Source: an uncultured Gammaproteobacteria bacterium (GTDB taxonomy: Bacteria; Patescibacteriota; Patescibacteriia; UBA9934). From it: a stretch of DNA of 64,000 nucleotides. How positions within the stretch are numbered: position 1 is the first letter of the stretch; every line of letters begins with the position of its first letter. The notes beneath the pieces were generated by a model. The model was not told where the DNA came from. It made no database searches and was given only the letters and a program-made list of their open reading frames with translations. The stretch lies in assembly GCA_964582615.1 (NCBI GenBank), contig CAZORP010000006.1, positions 3,426 to 67,425 on the forward strand, written 5' to 3'. Positions 31,327 to 41,642 of the stretch are shown one piece after another. Made by a program: the position numbers and the translations under genes.

Positions 31327-31680
31327 TTATCTCTTTTTCAATGTAACAATATTTAACATACCAAATCGCACCACGCGAGCAATCACGTAAAAAATCACCG
31401 TCCAAAAAAGCGTCACAAACAAAAAACCTAACCATCGACCTCCCAAAAGACCTGCGTATTTACTGGAATCAAATCCGATCTGCGATAAACATTCCACAAC
31501 CAACCCCGGAGGCATAAACCAAGCCAACGCCAAGTATTCAAGTGCCTCTGGACGCAATTCGTTAGAAAAATCCCCTACCCTTGGACGAGTAAAGGGAACA
31601 AAATAACCCATCACAAGAACACCTGTCACGATCGCGGAATAAAGAAATGATTTTTGAAACAATGAAAAAGCACATCGCAT
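31327..31680 (-). CDS. Hypothetical small membrane protein
   Basis: 117 aa with 3 hydrophobic helices. Confidence 0.3.
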   Translation of the reverse strand: MRCAFSLFQKSFLYSAIVTGVLVMGYFVPFTRPRVGDFSNELRPEALEYLALAWFMPPGLVVECLSQIGFDSSKYAGLLGGRWLGFLFVTLFWTVIFYVIARVVRFGMLNIVTLKKR

Positions 31681-31716
31681 ATCATAAGCTTGTTAAGCTT
31701 TCCTCGCGACAAAAGA

Positions 31717-32373
31717 TTATCGCCTAGGCGCAAGAACAATGACAAACTCCCCCTTGGTACTTGTCGCCTCAAGCGCTTGAAGTATTTCTTGCGCAGTGCC
31801 GCGATATATTGTCTCGTGAAGCTTGGTAAGCTCTCGACATACACAAAGCTTTCGATTAAGTGAAGCAAGTGCAAGAAGTGTTTTCTCGATGCGGTGCGTT
31901 GCCTCGTAGAGCACAACCGTATGGGGGATTTCTCCAAGTTCACGAAAGAACGTCTCTCTTCCCTTCTTTTGAGGAGGAAATCCTACAAATGTAAATCGCG
32001 CGGTAGGAAATCCGCACACCGAAAGCGCTGTAGTTACCGCAGATGCCCCGGGAATGGGAACAACAACCACCCCTGCCGCAACCGCATCAGCAACAAGCAT
32101 GCCTCCGGGATCAGAAATTCCCGGCGTACCCGCATCAGTAACAAGCGCCATGCGCTTTCCCTGCACAAGCTCTTGGACAATCTGGGCGCGACGATAATCG
32201 TCGGTATGCTCGTGAAACGTATGAAGCGTTGGATGGATTTCGAGCATGCTACACAATTTTGCGGTAACGCGAGTATCTTCACACAAGACCACATCAACAC
32301 TCGACAAAATCTCTTGCGCGCGAAGAGTAATATCTCCCCGATTGCCTAGTGGAGTTGCAACAATGAAAAGCAC
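31717..32373 (-). CDS. rsmI: 16S rRNA (cytidine1402-2'-O)-methyltransferase, tetrapyrrole-methylase fold
   Basis: MLFIVATPLGNRGDITLRAQEILSSVDVVLCEDTRVT N-terminus. Confidence 0.85.
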   Translation of the reverse strand: MLFIVATPLGNRGDITLRAQEILSSVDVVLCEDTRVTAKLCSMLEIHPTLHTFHEHTDDYRRAQIVQELVQGKRMALVTDAGTPGISDPGGMLVADAVAAGVVVVPIPGASAVTTALSVCGFPTARFTFVGFPPQKKGRETFFRELGEIPHTVVLYEATHRIEKTLLALASLNRKLCVCRELTKLHETIYRGTAQEILQALEATSTKGEFVIVLAPRR

Positions 32374-32374
32374 A

Positions 32375-33634
32375 CTACGGCGTTACTTCAACGGAAGGAA
32401 CTGAAAACGAAGGAACCTGAACCGCCCCTGCGGGAATATCACTCTCCTGACCTTCTTTTTTCATCACCTCATCTTGAGCAACGTACGCGGCGGATGGATA
32501 GAGGGCATTTGCCACAAAACTGTACATGCGAACGGTAGGAACCTCGCGCAAACGCTCTCCTGAAAGTGAACCAGAAATTGCAACACCGTCAGCATTCCAG
32601 GAAGATCCCGTTTCCGCATCAACAAAGACTGTTCCCTGTGGCGATATTTGCTTTGTTAATGTCAACGGCGATCCATTGTGTTCCGCGATAAAAGCACGCA
32701 ACGTTGTGCCCTGTTCATTTGCCGTAAAGAGGAACGTTTTTCCTGCGGATGTTGCTGTAGGATGCTCAGAAGCAAGCGTTGGCGTGAGGATAGCTACCCC
32801 CTGCGACGCTCCATCAACTGCTACCCACGCTGGTTCCTTTGGACGAACACTGAGCTCGGCATGATTCAAGGGGAAATAGTATCCCGACGAAGTTTCATAG
32901 CCGCCATACGGATGATGCATGTAGTCACGCTCAACGCCTGTTGCAAAAGAAAGTGTCGTCGCGCGAGCATCGCCACCATAGAGAGACTTCCAAGATTTCC
33001 ACGTCATGTACGAGACCGGAATGCGCTCAAGAGATTGCTCAAGAGATGCCTGAGATTCCGCAACCACGGGCCGTCCAAAAATTCCTGACCAATATTGTTC
33101 AGAACCCTCTTTGCGCAAAAGAACGTCATTGTTATATTCCTTTCCACTTACAACAAACTTTTCACCACGGGGAACGAGGTATGCCGTAGCAGTACCTGTT
33201 AATGGCGCCGCGTAGACAAAAATTTCCTGACCACCAAGCGTATCGTATGCCCCATGGTGCCAATTCATAATTTGCACTGGGTAGAACCGTGTCTCCCCCC
33301 CTAGCGTCACCGAAACTCCCCCAATGGCATCACCAATCTTTTCATCAATCTCTGAAATCGTTGCCTGTGCTGGGTGATCAAGAAGTGGGATATCACCTTC
33401 GGTGACTCCGGCGCTATAGATTTCCTCCGGAGGAACAAGATACCAAGCGGATTCATACGCCTGAGGTTGCTCGTAAATGCCCCCATCAAGCGCACGCTCT
33501 TCACGGGCACGGAGCTCAAGAAACGCATGATATTGCCAACCCGCATATGCGAGTATTCCAAGAATTCCTCCTCCAAGAATAGTTAACCAAACGATATGTT
33601 TTGAAGACGTTCGTTGCATAGATAAGGAAAGCAT
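32375..33634 (-). CDS. Membrane-anchored hypothetical protein
   Basis: N-terminal TM helix followed by a 380-aa soluble domain. No motif recognised. Confidence 0.35.
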   Translation of the reverse strand: MLSLSMQRTSSKHIVWLTILGGGILGILAYAGWQYHAFLELRAREERALDGGIYEQPQAYESAWYLVPPEEIYSAGVTEGDIPLLDHPAQATISEIDEKIGDAIGGVSVTLGGETRFYPVQIMNWHHGAYDTLGGQEIFVYAAPLTGTATAYLVPRGEKFVVSGKEYNNDVLLRKEGSEQYWSGIFGRPVVAESQASLEQSLERIPVSYMTWKSWKSLYGGDARATTLSFATGVERDYMHHPYGGYETSSGYYFPLNHAELSVRPKEPAWVAVDGASQGVAILTPTLASEHPTATSAGKTFLFTANEQGTTLRAFIAEHNGSPLTLTKQISPQGTVFVDAETGSSWNADGVAISGSLSGERLREVPTVRMYSFVANALYPSAAYVAQDEVMKKEGQESDIPAGAVQVPSFSVPSVEVTP

Positions 33635-33643
33635 CTCATGAAA

Positions 33644-35218
33644 TTAGCGTTTTGAAAATGCTCCCGACTTTCCCGAACGATCCTGAAGAAATTGCCATAA
33701 GGTTCGAACGCCATACCCGGTTCCCCCTTTTCCAAGACATGCGCCAAGTGGTTTTTCAGCAAAAGCAGGACCGGCGATATCCAAATGCGCCCATGGAGTT
33801 TCCGGTGGTACAAACGCTTCAAGAAAAAGACCTGCCGTAAGAGATCCTCCGTAGCGCGTTGTTGCGATATTCCGCAAGTCCGCAATGTCACTTTTTAGCG
33901 TTTCCTTGTATCGAGGCTCAAGGGGGAGTTCCCACAATTTTTCCCCTGCCGTCTGCGCGGAAGTAAGAAGCTGTTTTGCAAGTCCGCGATGATTAGACAT
34001 GAGACCTGCGATTTCTTCACCAAGCGCAACCATGCAAGCGCCCGTGAGCGTTGCAAGATCAAGGAGGACGTCCGGCTTTTCTCGAAGAGCGTATGTCATT
34101 GCATCTGCAAGCGTAAGACGTCCCTCTGCATCAGTATTGAGAATCTCGACCGTTGTTCCTGCGAGGGTTTTTACCACGTCGCCCGGACGAATAGCTCCTC
34201 CCGAAGGCATGTTTTCCGTTGCGGCAATATATCCACGAACATGAATCTTTGGACGAAGCTTTGCGAGAATCGCAAAGACTCCGAGCACCGCCGCGGCTCC
34301 TGCCATATCACATTTCATCGTCATCATGCCGTCGGCAGGCTTGAGTGAAAGACCTCCAGAGTCAAACGTTACCCCCTTTCCCACCAAAGCAACCGTTTCT
34401 TTTGCGCCACGTGGCGCCGTATATGCAAGCTCAATAAACAACGGTGGACGTTCAGCGCCTTGTGCTACGGCAAGAAAAGCCCCCATGCCTTCTTTTGCAC
34501 ACGCTTCCTTATCCAGCGTTCGTACAACAATATCCCCACGGGAAGCTTTTGCAATTTCCATGGCGGCCTCCGACAATCGCTCGGGAGTCATATCGTGTGC
34601 AGGAATGTTAACCAAGTCACGCGCAATGGTGACTCCCCCAATAACCGCCTCAACATTTTCGAGCACCTTTCTTACAGGAGCAACAAGTGAACGATCGCGA
34701 ACAAAGATGTCGCATGATGCTAAGCATTTTTCACCATTTTTTTGCTTGTAGACGGAAAATGCATAATCCGCAAGAAGCACACCTTCTGCAAAGGCTTCGA
34801 TCATGGGAATATTCCACTCTTTTCCCGTTGCATCAAGCGCAATGGTTCGGAATCCGAGTGCACGTGCGCGCTGTACTGCATGACCACCCATTTCGCGAGC
34901 CGCGTGGGTATCGCCACCGCGTTGACGCTCCCCCATGCCCACACACACTACAACATCAGGACCTTCCTCGTCGGAAGATGGAAGAACAACCACCTGTCCA
35001 GCTTTTCCAGAGAAATCCTGAGCCTGAGCAAATCGCTCAGCTCGCTTTTTTGCAAGCGGAAGTACAAAAGGAAGCTGTGCAAGAAAATCCTTGCCCTCAA
35101 ACACCGGAAGCACACTGACTTCAGCGCCACTTTGCGCCACGTGACCCTTTCCTACAGATATTCGCATATACCCTATTATTTGAAGCTTTTTTATATGAGC
35201 GTCAAGGGTTTTCCCCAC
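33644..35218 (-). CDS. pepA: Leucyl aminopeptidase (M17 family)
   Basis: NTDAEGRLTLADAMTYA signature and the metal-binding region VGKGVTFDSGG. Confidence 0.85.
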   Translation of the reverse strand: MGKTLDAHIKKLQIIGYMRISVGKGHVAQSGAEVSVLPVFEGKDFLAQLPFVLPLAKKRAERFAQAQDFSGKAGQVVVLPSSDEEGPDVVVCVGMGERQRGGDTHAAREMGGHAVQRARALGFRTIALDATGKEWNIPMIEAFAEGVLLADYAFSVYKQKNGEKCLASCDIFVRDRSLVAPVRKVLENVEAVIGGVTIARDLVNIPAHDMTPERLSEAAMEIAKASRGDIVVRTLDKEACAKEGMGAFLAVAQGAERPPLFIELAYTAPRGAKETVALVGKGVTFDSGGLSLKPADGMMTMKCDMAGAAAVLGVFAILAKLRPKIHVRGYIAATENMPSGGAIRPGDVVKTLAGTTVEILNTDAEGRLTLADAMTYALREKPDVLLDLATLTGACMVALGEEIAGLMSNHRGLAKQLLTSAQTAGEKLWELPLEPRYKETLKSDIADLRNIATTRYGGSLTAGLFLEAFVPPETPWAHLDIAGPAFAEKPLGACLGKGGTGYGVRTLWQFLQDRSGKSGAFSKR

Positions 35219-35273
35219 ATCCCACCAAGCTCCATTGACGAAAAAGTCAAAATATCGTACCCTTTCTCACGAT

Positions 35274-35411
35274 ATGCCAACACGCCATCACTTGTCCCGC
35301 AAAGAGCAAAATGCTCGTTTTGCCGTGAAGCGCGAAGAAGGATTTGTAAAACGCCGCAAGGCAAAAGCAATCCGCATGCGCAAGCTCGAAGCTAAAGCTG
35401 CTGCAAAGTAG
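35274..35411 (+). CDS. Small very basic protein (45 aa). It is below the ORF-track cut-off.
   Basis: MPTRHHLSRKEQNARFAVKREEGFVKRRKAKAIRMRKLEAKAAAK, followed at once by a strong terminator. Confidence 0.3.
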   Translation: MPTRHHLSRKEQNARFAVKREEGFVKRRKAKAIRMRKLEAKAAAK

Positions 35412-35418
35412 CATTCAA

Positions 35419-35451
35419 AACCCCGCTCATGTAGCGGGGTTTTTCTTTTAC
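35419..35451 (+). terminator. Intrinsic terminator
   Basis: aaaaCCCCGCTcatgtAGCGGGGtttttctttt. Confidence 0.7.
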
Positions 35452-35530
35452 ATATCCTCTTGATATTCGTTATCACCATCAACATCTTGATAGCTCTTTG
35501 ACGGTGTGGTACACTCCCCCTGCAAAAAAT

Positions 35531-35605
35531 TCCGGGGTAGCTCAGCGGCAGAGCAGTTGACTGTTAATCAATTGGTCGTGGGTTCGATCCCCACCCCCGG
35601 AGCCA
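35531..35605 (+). tRNA. tRNA-Asn (anticodon GTT), CCA encoded
   Basis: Cloverleaf: acceptor tccgggg/ccccgga, D-arm gctc-agcggca-gagc, anticodon stem gttga/tcaat (one G-U pair) with loop cuGUUaa, T-arm gtggg-ttcgatc-cccac, discriminator G, then CCA. Confidence 0.9.
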
Positions 35606-35645
35606 TGAGAAGGCGTGTGAGGTGACCCACATGCCTTGTCAAAAA
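35599..35645 (+). repeat. attL: left copy of a 47-bp direct repeat that begins in the tRNA-Asn 3' end
   Basis: ggagccatgagaaggcgtgtgaggtgacccacatgccttgtcaaaaa recurs at 59443..59489 with one mismatch. Confidence 0.75.
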
Positions 35646-36006
35646 ACCACCATTGAAAAATGGCGGTTTTTTGTTTAAAGCTTGAGCAAATAACGACCCT
35701 TGGTAACCCATCCAAAAAATCGAAGCACCTGGGACGCAAAGGCGACGAATTTTTCTCAAACACCCAAAATCACGGATTTGCCTTATTTTTTCGGTTCGAA
35801 CCCCGACCATGGTTTGGCGACCTTACTTAATCGCAGTATTATATCTGTGTTCCTTGAAATGGAATTTGAGCTGGCGAGCAGGTGCGGTCAGTCGCTGAGG
35901 TGTTGAGTTAGCTAGGCGGGTTCAGACCCCTCCCGAGAGCATCGAATTGTGCTTTCGGGCGGGGGTTGTCTTTGAACCCCTGATCTAATTCTTAACACCA
36001 AACGAT

Positions 36007-36180
36007 ATGGCCAAAAAAGTCATCGTTCGTACTGGTGGAATTGTGCCCACTTCGGGTCAGTACCATCCGTCTGGTAGTCGTGACGAGGTTACCCTGGTAA
36101 AGGGAAAGCGCGTCCCGCCTAACAACGAAGGCGTTCGCCAAACGTTTACGCTGGTCGATAAGACCAAGCATAAGCGTTAA
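36007..36180 (+). CDS. Small hypothetical protein (57 aa), first ORF inside the island
   Basis: MAKKVIVRTGGIVPTSGQYHPSGSRDEVTLVKGKRVPPNNEGVRQTFTLVDKTKHKR. Below the ORF-track cut-off. Confidence 0.25.
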   Translation: MAKKVIVRTGGIVPTSGQYHPSGSRDEVTLVKGKRVPPNNEGVRQTFTLVDKTKHKR

Positions 36181-36239
36181 GTGAACGTGAATCCTTCTCG
36201 TCAGCTTTGATTTCAATTCAGGAATAAAATACTGGGTCG

Positions 36240-37562
36240 TCATTTTGACGATTTTACCTCGCCGTTTGTAATTACGAGAGTCGTTTTGATGTGTTGGATT
36301 AGGTCCCGCTTTTCTTCCTTGGTGCCTTCCTTCAGAATATACTTTGCACAAGCGTACACATCGATATCAGGCATAATTTCCGCAACTTTCGCAGTCGCCA
36401 CGTGACCGCCTAGACTTGAGATCATTTTTGTAAGTCGATCAACTTCTTGCTTGATCCGTTCCACCGCGGCGAGTTCGTTGATGTCGACTTTATCGATGAT
36501 TTTGTAGAGTTGATTGAGTAATTCCTCCTCGCGTATGTATGGCTGTTTGCAACCCGTCATCCAGCGCTTCATGCATCCGTAGTAGACGTAGCGCTTCGTC
36601 GATCCGTCTTTCAGGCGTTTCACTTTCTGATCCGCACTAATGCCGGATCCGCAGGCGCCGCACTTGAAGATCTTCGTGAAGGCGAACTCATGTGTGCCGG
36701 GTAATGCTTTTGGTGCACATTTCATGACCTCCTGAACTTTGTCGTAAGTTTCTTTCGTGATGAGTGGCTCGTGCTTGCCGTCGTACCACTTTCCGCTTCC
36801 TTTTGGGAACTCGTACCGCCCCGTGTAGAACGGATTATCCATCATGCGATAGATCATGCTGAGCGTAATGCGCTTTCCTTTGCGGGTCGTGAGGTCGCGT
36901 TCGTTATCTAGCCATTTTTTCAAATCTCGTCCCGTCCAGCCCTCGTAGGCAACTTTGTGAAACGCTTCTTTGATGATCGGTCCACGCACAGGATCGACAA
37001 AGATTTTGCACGATCCTTTCTCGGCATACTTATCATGCAGATATCCAAGTGGTGACATGTTCGGTCGAAAGCCCATCTCGATCTTCGCACGGAAGCCACG
37101 CTTCACATTTACGCCCTTATTATCGTTCTCGAGCTTCGCCTGTCCGCACATCATCATGAGCATGAACTTGTCGCTGGGTGAGTTGGTAAACTTCGTGCCA
37201 TGCGTACGAATCTCACGCAATAACCCTTGATCCATCAAGTCCACGACCGTTCCAAGATCGCCTGCATTACGACTGATACGATCCGCCGCCCATGTGAGGA
37301 TTCCGTCGAATTTCTTTTCGCGAATGTCCCCAATTAAACGATTAAACTCCGGGCGTGACCCGGAGCTTTTCGCAGAGTGACTTTCGCGACGAACTTCGAC
37401 GACGTTCAAACCATCTCTCTCAGCCAGCTCAAGTGCCTCCTTGACCTGACTTTCGATTGACAATGCCTGACGCTCGTCATCCTCTGATGATTTTCTCGAG
37501 TAAAGGCAGTAGCGGATCGGTACAACCTTCTCTGATTCGTTATTCGTGTTTTGTGCGTACAT
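36240..37562 (-). CDS. Large serine recombinase (resolvase/invertase catalytic domain, recombinase domain and zinc ribbon)
   Basis: N-terminal YSRKSSEDDERQALSIESQ serine-recombinase catalytic motif. C-terminal CGACGSGISADQKVKRL...YYGC zinc-ribbon. 440 aa. Confidence 0.85.
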   Translation of the reverse strand: MYAQNTNNESEKVVPIRYCLYSRKSSEDDERQALSIESQVKEALELAERDGLNVVEVRRESHSAKSSGSRPEFNRLIGDIREKKFDGILTWAADRISRNAGDLGTVVDLMDQGLLREIRTHGTKFTNSPSDKFMLMMMCGQAKLENDNKGVNVKRGFRAKIEMGFRPNMSPLGYLHDKYAEKGSCKIFVDPVRGPIIKEAFHKVAYEGWTGRDLKKWLDNERDLTTRKGKRITLSMIYRMMDNPFYTGRYEFPKGSGKWYDGKHEPLITKETYDKVQEVMKCAPKALPGTHEFAFTKIFKCGACGSGISADQKVKRLKDGSTKRYVYYGCMKRWMTGCKQPYIREEELLNQLYKIIDKVDINELAAVERIKQEVDRLTKMISSLGGHVATAKVAEIMPDIDVYACAKYILKEGTKEEKRDLIQHIKTTLVITNGEVKSSK

Positions 37563-37681
37563 AAGATTTGTTTACTCCTTATGACCCACACACTACCGCG
37601 TCTGTCCCGGGTGCCTAGCCCAGGGAAGGAGGTAACTCAAACCCATCAAATACCCTTCCAAATTGCCACAATGCGTGAGTT

Positions 37682-38638
37682 TTGAGACAATACCGTCACT
37701 TTATGTCTCTTCTACGTATTAACGGCGATAAGCTCCAACAAATCCAAGAGACTGAGTTGAAGCTCGAGAAGGATTTGCAAAAGCTGACGGAACAAAACCT
37801 TGAAACCGTTTTTGGTCTTCAGTTTGTTTCGACTGAATTTGCGCTGAATAATCTTCGCATTGATACGTTGGCTTACGATACCGAGACAGCATCTTTCGTG
37901 ATTATCGAGTACAAGCGTGACCGAAGTTTTAGTGTTATCGATCAGGGCTTCGCCTATTTGGCGCTCATGTTGAATAACAAGGCGGATTTCATCTTGGAGT
38001 ACAACGAAAAAATTGGTACGAGTCTTCGCCGCGATGACATCGATTGGTCGCAAAGTCGTGTGCTATTCATCGCCCAGAGCTTTACCGCTCACCAACTTCA
38101 GGCAATCAATTTCAAGGATTTACCCATCGAACTCTGGGAGGCAAAGAAGTACAGCGACGATCTTATTTCCTTCAACCTCATTAAGGCTTTGCAATCCGCC
38201 GAATCCATTAACACCGTTTCGCATAACGAAGTCGTCTCTAAGGTGAGTAAGGAAGTTGAGGCGGTTTCTGCTGAAGACGTCTTCGCACGTGCAAAGGACA
38301 ATATCAATGATCTTTCTCAAGAATTGCGTCGACGCATTTTTGAAGTAGATACTCGTTTTCAGGAAAAAGCCACGAAGCGATATGTTGCCTACAAAATCGG
38401 TTGGAGAAATATTATCTCCATTGAGCCGGTTACCGGACGCCTTAACGTGACTTTTACTCGTACGCGTCCAGAGGATCTCAATGATCCCGAAAGCAAAGCG
38501 AAACTCCGTAATAAATCCCTAGAGCACTATAATCAATATCTCACCGATGTGAGCGTTACCGAATCGAGCGATGTAGACTATGTCATTTCGCTTTTGAAGC
38601 AGGTACTAGCGCGATTCCAAAAGGAAGAGATCATATAG
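37682..38638 (+). CDS. NucS/RecB-like PD-(D/E)XK nuclease-fold protein with an unknown C-terminal domain
   Basis: ELKLEKDLQKL...GLQFVSTEF...IDTLAYDTETASFVIIEYKRD...QGFAYL reproduces the E..D..(D/E)xK..Q..Y layout of NucS/DUF91-type nucleases. The start is probably MSLLRINGDK. Confidence 0.5.
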   Translation: MRQYRHFMSLLRINGDKLQQIQETELKLEKDLQKLTEQNLETVFGLQFVSTEFALNNLRIDTLAYDTETASFVIIEYKRDRSFSVIDQGFAYLALMLNNKADFILEYNEKIGTSLRRDDIDWSQSRVLFIAQSFTAHQLQAINFKDLPIELWEAKKYSDDLISFNLIKALQSAESINTVSHNEVVSKVSKEVEAVSAEDVFARAKDNINDLSQELRRRIFEVDTRFQEKATKRYVAYKIGWRNIISIEPVTGRLNVTFTRTRPEDLNDPESKAKLRNKSLEHYNQYLTDVSVTESSDVDYVISLLKQVLARFQKEEII

Positions 38639-38650
38639 ATTCAGTAGGCA

Positions 38651-38680
38651 AAAAACCAGCGCATAAACGCTGGCTTTTTG
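38651..38680. terminator. Bidirectional terminator between the convergent 37682..38638 ORF and hsdR
   Basis: aaaaaaCCAGCGcataaaCGCTGGctttttg. Confidence 0.7.
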
Positions 38681-38687
38681 TATCTGA

Positions 38688-41642
38688 CTATTTGTGTTCG
38701 TTGACCGACTTTACCACGTGGTCGAACATCTTTTCGCCGAAGTACGCCTTTAGGTCTGGATTCTTGTCGAGTTTTTTGTAGAAGTCAAAGTGACGGTTTA
38801 GCATCTCAACTAGCTCTTGGCCGAGCACCTCGTCGAATTTGATCTTTGCCGTATCCCGCGCGTTGTTTTTAATCGACCCCTGCAACATTGCGTTATTTAC
38901 CAACCTCTCGCCCAGCTGATTCGTAATAACGACATCTTCGAGAGTGAACTCAGTGCCAAATCGATCGTTGATGTCCGTGATGATTTTCGACAGACGATCA
39001 TGTTCCTTCATCTCTTCGCCTCGCTTGCCGCTTTGCATCGGTTCCAACAATCCATGCTCGTCCTCCAGGTGGATCGCGTCCTGCCCACGGTGTACGAGCT
39101 TGTATGATTCCATGTCAACGCTATCCAGCACCGCTGTTGGCAACTCTTCTTTAATTCGCGGTAATTTTTTCAAGAGCAAGCGTGTGAAAGTGTAGAGTTT
39201 TTCCAGTTCAGAGCTTTCGTACGGAATAATCTGTGAAGCAAACGCATAACGGCGGACGAAATCGGTACACTTCTTGCGGAAATCTTCCTGCTCTTGCGGC
39301 AGGCAATCCTCGAATTGTTGCACTGTCGCATCAAGGATGGCGTTAATCGTCGCCGGAGGCGCGTTGCGAAATAGTTCGTGTACGAATCCGTCCACCTCAT
39401 GCTGTGTGAACAGCTTAAAGGAATAGAGATCGCGCTCGAGGTCATGGAGGATATTCGGGTCCGTGCCTTCGGAAAGAACGGTGGTCGTGTAGTATGGTTG
39501 GAACGATTCTTGGATGTCGGCAGCATCGTTTACGAAGTCGAGCACAAATACCTCGTCCTTGTCCGACGTGGTGCGATTCAATCGGCTAAGCGTCTGCACT
39601 GCGCTAACGCCACTCAGCTTTTTATCGACATACATCGAGGCGAGGAGGGGCTGATCGAAACCTGTCTGGAATTTTTCGGCGACAATTAGGAATTTGAACT
39701 CGTCCTGCTCGAACGTCTTCGCAGTGGTCGCCTCAGGAACGCCATTCATGCCTCCTTCGGTATATTCGGTCACTCCGTCCTTAACCGTGCCGGAAAACGC
39801 TACCAGAGCCTTATACGGGTAATTGTGTTCGCGTAGGTAGGCATCCATAGCTATCTTGTAACGCACGGCATGTAAACGTGACTTTGTCACAATCATGGCC
39901 TTGGCTTTGCCGTGAATTTCCTTCGCGATTCGCGCGCGGAAATGCTCGGTCATGATCTCAACCTTCTTTTGGATTGCGTGCTCGTGTTTTTCAACATAAC
40001 CAATCAAAAGACGTTGAGCTTTTTTCTTGTCGAATTCCGGATCGTCCTCAACTTTCTTCAACAACGAAAAATACGCCTGATACGTTGTATAGTTTTTGAG
40101 TACGTCCAAGATAAATCGCTCCTCAATGGCTTGTTTCATCGAGTACAGGCTGAACGGATAATACTTTCCATCAACTGGACTCTTTGTTCCGAACAACTCA
40201 AGCGTTTTTTGTTTTGGAGTCGCGGTAAACGCAAAAAAGCTGATGTTATCCGTTTTCACCTTTCGGCTCCGGAGTTTTTTCAAGATCATCTCTTCTGTCG
40301 TCTCAGGCTCTTCTGAATCCTGTTGTGCCGCCGCGTCGAGACTAGAGGTCGTTAATGCTTCACGGAGATTCGCGGCTCCTTCACCGGTTTGTGATGAATG
40401 TGCCTCGTCAATAATCACCGCAAAGTTTTTTCCAGGAAGATTGCCGATTGAGTCGACGATAAACGGGAATTTTTGAAGAGTCGTGATGACGATCTTTTCT
40501 CCGGTTTCCAACGCATCCTTTAACTCCTGTGAACCTTCAGTAATCGCTTTCACGACTCCCGCGCGTTGCTCGAACTGCGTGACCGTATCGCGTAACTGAC
40601 GGTCGAGCACACGACGATCCGTAATAACAAGAACGGTATCAAAAACCTTTTTGTCATCATGGTTGTACAGTTCTGAAAGACGATGCGCAGTCCAACCAAT
40701 CGTATTACTCTTGCCGCTTCCCGCACTGTGTTGGATGAGATAGTTGCGACCAGCGCCATTCTCACGTGCATCTACGAGCAAACGCTGAACGGTGTCACGC
40801 TGATGATAGCGTGGAAAAATCAACACTTCCTTGACCGTCTCCTTTCCTTTCTCATCCGTGCTCTTAAGTTTTTGCAGCGTGATGAATTTCCCAACGAGCT
40901 CGAGGATGCTCTTCTTGGTCCAGACATCCTCCCACAGGTACGAGGTCTTATAGCCTCGGTCATTCGGAGGGTTGCCCGCGCCGCTGTTATAGCCCTTGTT
41001 GAACGGCAAGAAGTAGGTTTTGAGTCCAGCAAGCTTCGTCGTCATGTAGACCTGGTCGGCGTCCACAGCGAAGTGTGCCAGACATCGCTTGAAAGCCAAA
41101 AGAGGCTCTTTGTGATCTCGATCCGTCCGGTATTGTTGGATCGCGTTTTTCACCGTCTGTCCGCTCAATTGATTTTTTAGCTCAACGGTAAAAATCGGAA
41201 GACCGTTGAGGAAGATAACGGTATCAATGGACAGATCCGGGTTCTTTTCGCTGAAGTGCACCTGACGCATGACGCTCAAGACATTCGCCTCATAAAGCCG
41301 TCGCGTCTCTTCGTTGATGGCGGAATTTGGCGGGAAATATGCCATCTTGAAATTCACACCATGATCAGTGAATCCATTTCGAAGAACATCAAGCACACCC
41401 CGATTCTTCACCTCATCCGCAAGCCGACCAAATAAATGTTCGTTGAATTCTTCTCCATGAATTTCTAAGAGTTTACCAACCGATTCAGGTTGCGTTGCGT
41501 CGAGGAACTCCAAAACCATTTCAGGATCCACACAAAGACTCTTGAGATAAAGCTGGTTCGACTGCTTGCGATATCCGTTGACCTCGACGAGCTGTTGCTC
41601 GATATATTCTTCGAAGCCGATTTCTTTAGTATTAGTTGGCAT
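38688..41642 (-). CDS. hsdR: Type I restriction enzyme R subunit
   Basis: 984 aa. SF2 helicase motifs (HSAGSGKSNT motif I, VIIDEAHSSQTGE DEAH box). N-terminal nuclease region. Last gene of the hsd operon. Confidence 0.95.
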   Translation of the reverse strand: MPTNTKEIGFEEYIEQQLVEVNGYRKQSNQLYLKSLCVDPEMVLEFLDATQPESVGKLLEIHGEEFNEHLFGRLADEVKNRGVLDVLRNGFTDHGVNFKMAYFPPNSAINEETRRLYEANVLSVMRQVHFSEKNPDLSIDTVIFLNGLPIFTVELKNQLSGQTVKNAIQQYRTDRDHKEPLLAFKRCLAHFAVDADQVYMTTKLAGLKTYFLPFNKGYNSGAGNPPNDRGYKTSYLWEDVWTKKSILELVGKFITLQKLKSTDEKGKETVKEVLIFPRYHQRDTVQRLLVDARENGAGRNYLIQHSAGSGKSNTIGWTAHRLSELYNHDDKKVFDTVLVITDRRVLDRQLRDTVTQFEQRAGVVKAITEGSQELKDALETGEKIVITTLQKFPFIVDSIGNLPGKNFAVIIDEAHSSQTGEGAANLREALTTSSLDAAAQQDSEEPETTEEMILKKLRSRKVKTDNISFFAFTATPKQKTLELFGTKSPVDGKYYPFSLYSMKQAIEERFILDVLKNYTTYQAYFSLLKKVEDDPEFDKKKAQRLLIGYVEKHEHAIQKKVEIMTEHFRARIAKEIHGKAKAMIVTKSRLHAVRYKIAMDAYLREHNYPYKALVAFSGTVKDGVTEYTEGGMNGVPEATTAKTFEQDEFKFLIVAEKFQTGFDQPLLASMYVDKKLSGVSAVQTLSRLNRTTSDKDEVFVLDFVNDAADIQESFQPYYTTTVLSEGTDPNILHDLERDLYSFKLFTQHEVDGFVHELFRNAPPATINAILDATVQQFEDCLPQEQEDFRKKCTDFVRRYAFASQIIPYESSELEKLYTFTRLLLKKLPRIKEELPTAVLDSVDMESYKLVHRGQDAIHLEDEHGLLEPMQSGKRGEEMKEHDRLSKIITDINDRFGTEFTLEDVVITNQLGERLVNNAMLQGSIKNNARDTAKIKFDEVLGQELVEMLNRHFDFYKKLDKNPDLKAYFGEKMFDHVVKSVNEHK

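Noticed and set aside
35780-35830. A second tRNA gene just inside the island (ggttcgaaccccgaccatgg)
   Set aside because: Only a T-arm-like stem-loop and a partial acceptor strand are present, with no D-arm or anticodon arm. It is treated as a tRNA fragment or relic, not a gene.
35992-36351. 119-aa minus-strand ORF between attL and the recombinase
   Set aside because: It overlaps both the recombinase 3' end and the small plus-strand ORF and has no motifs. It is probably a frame artefact.
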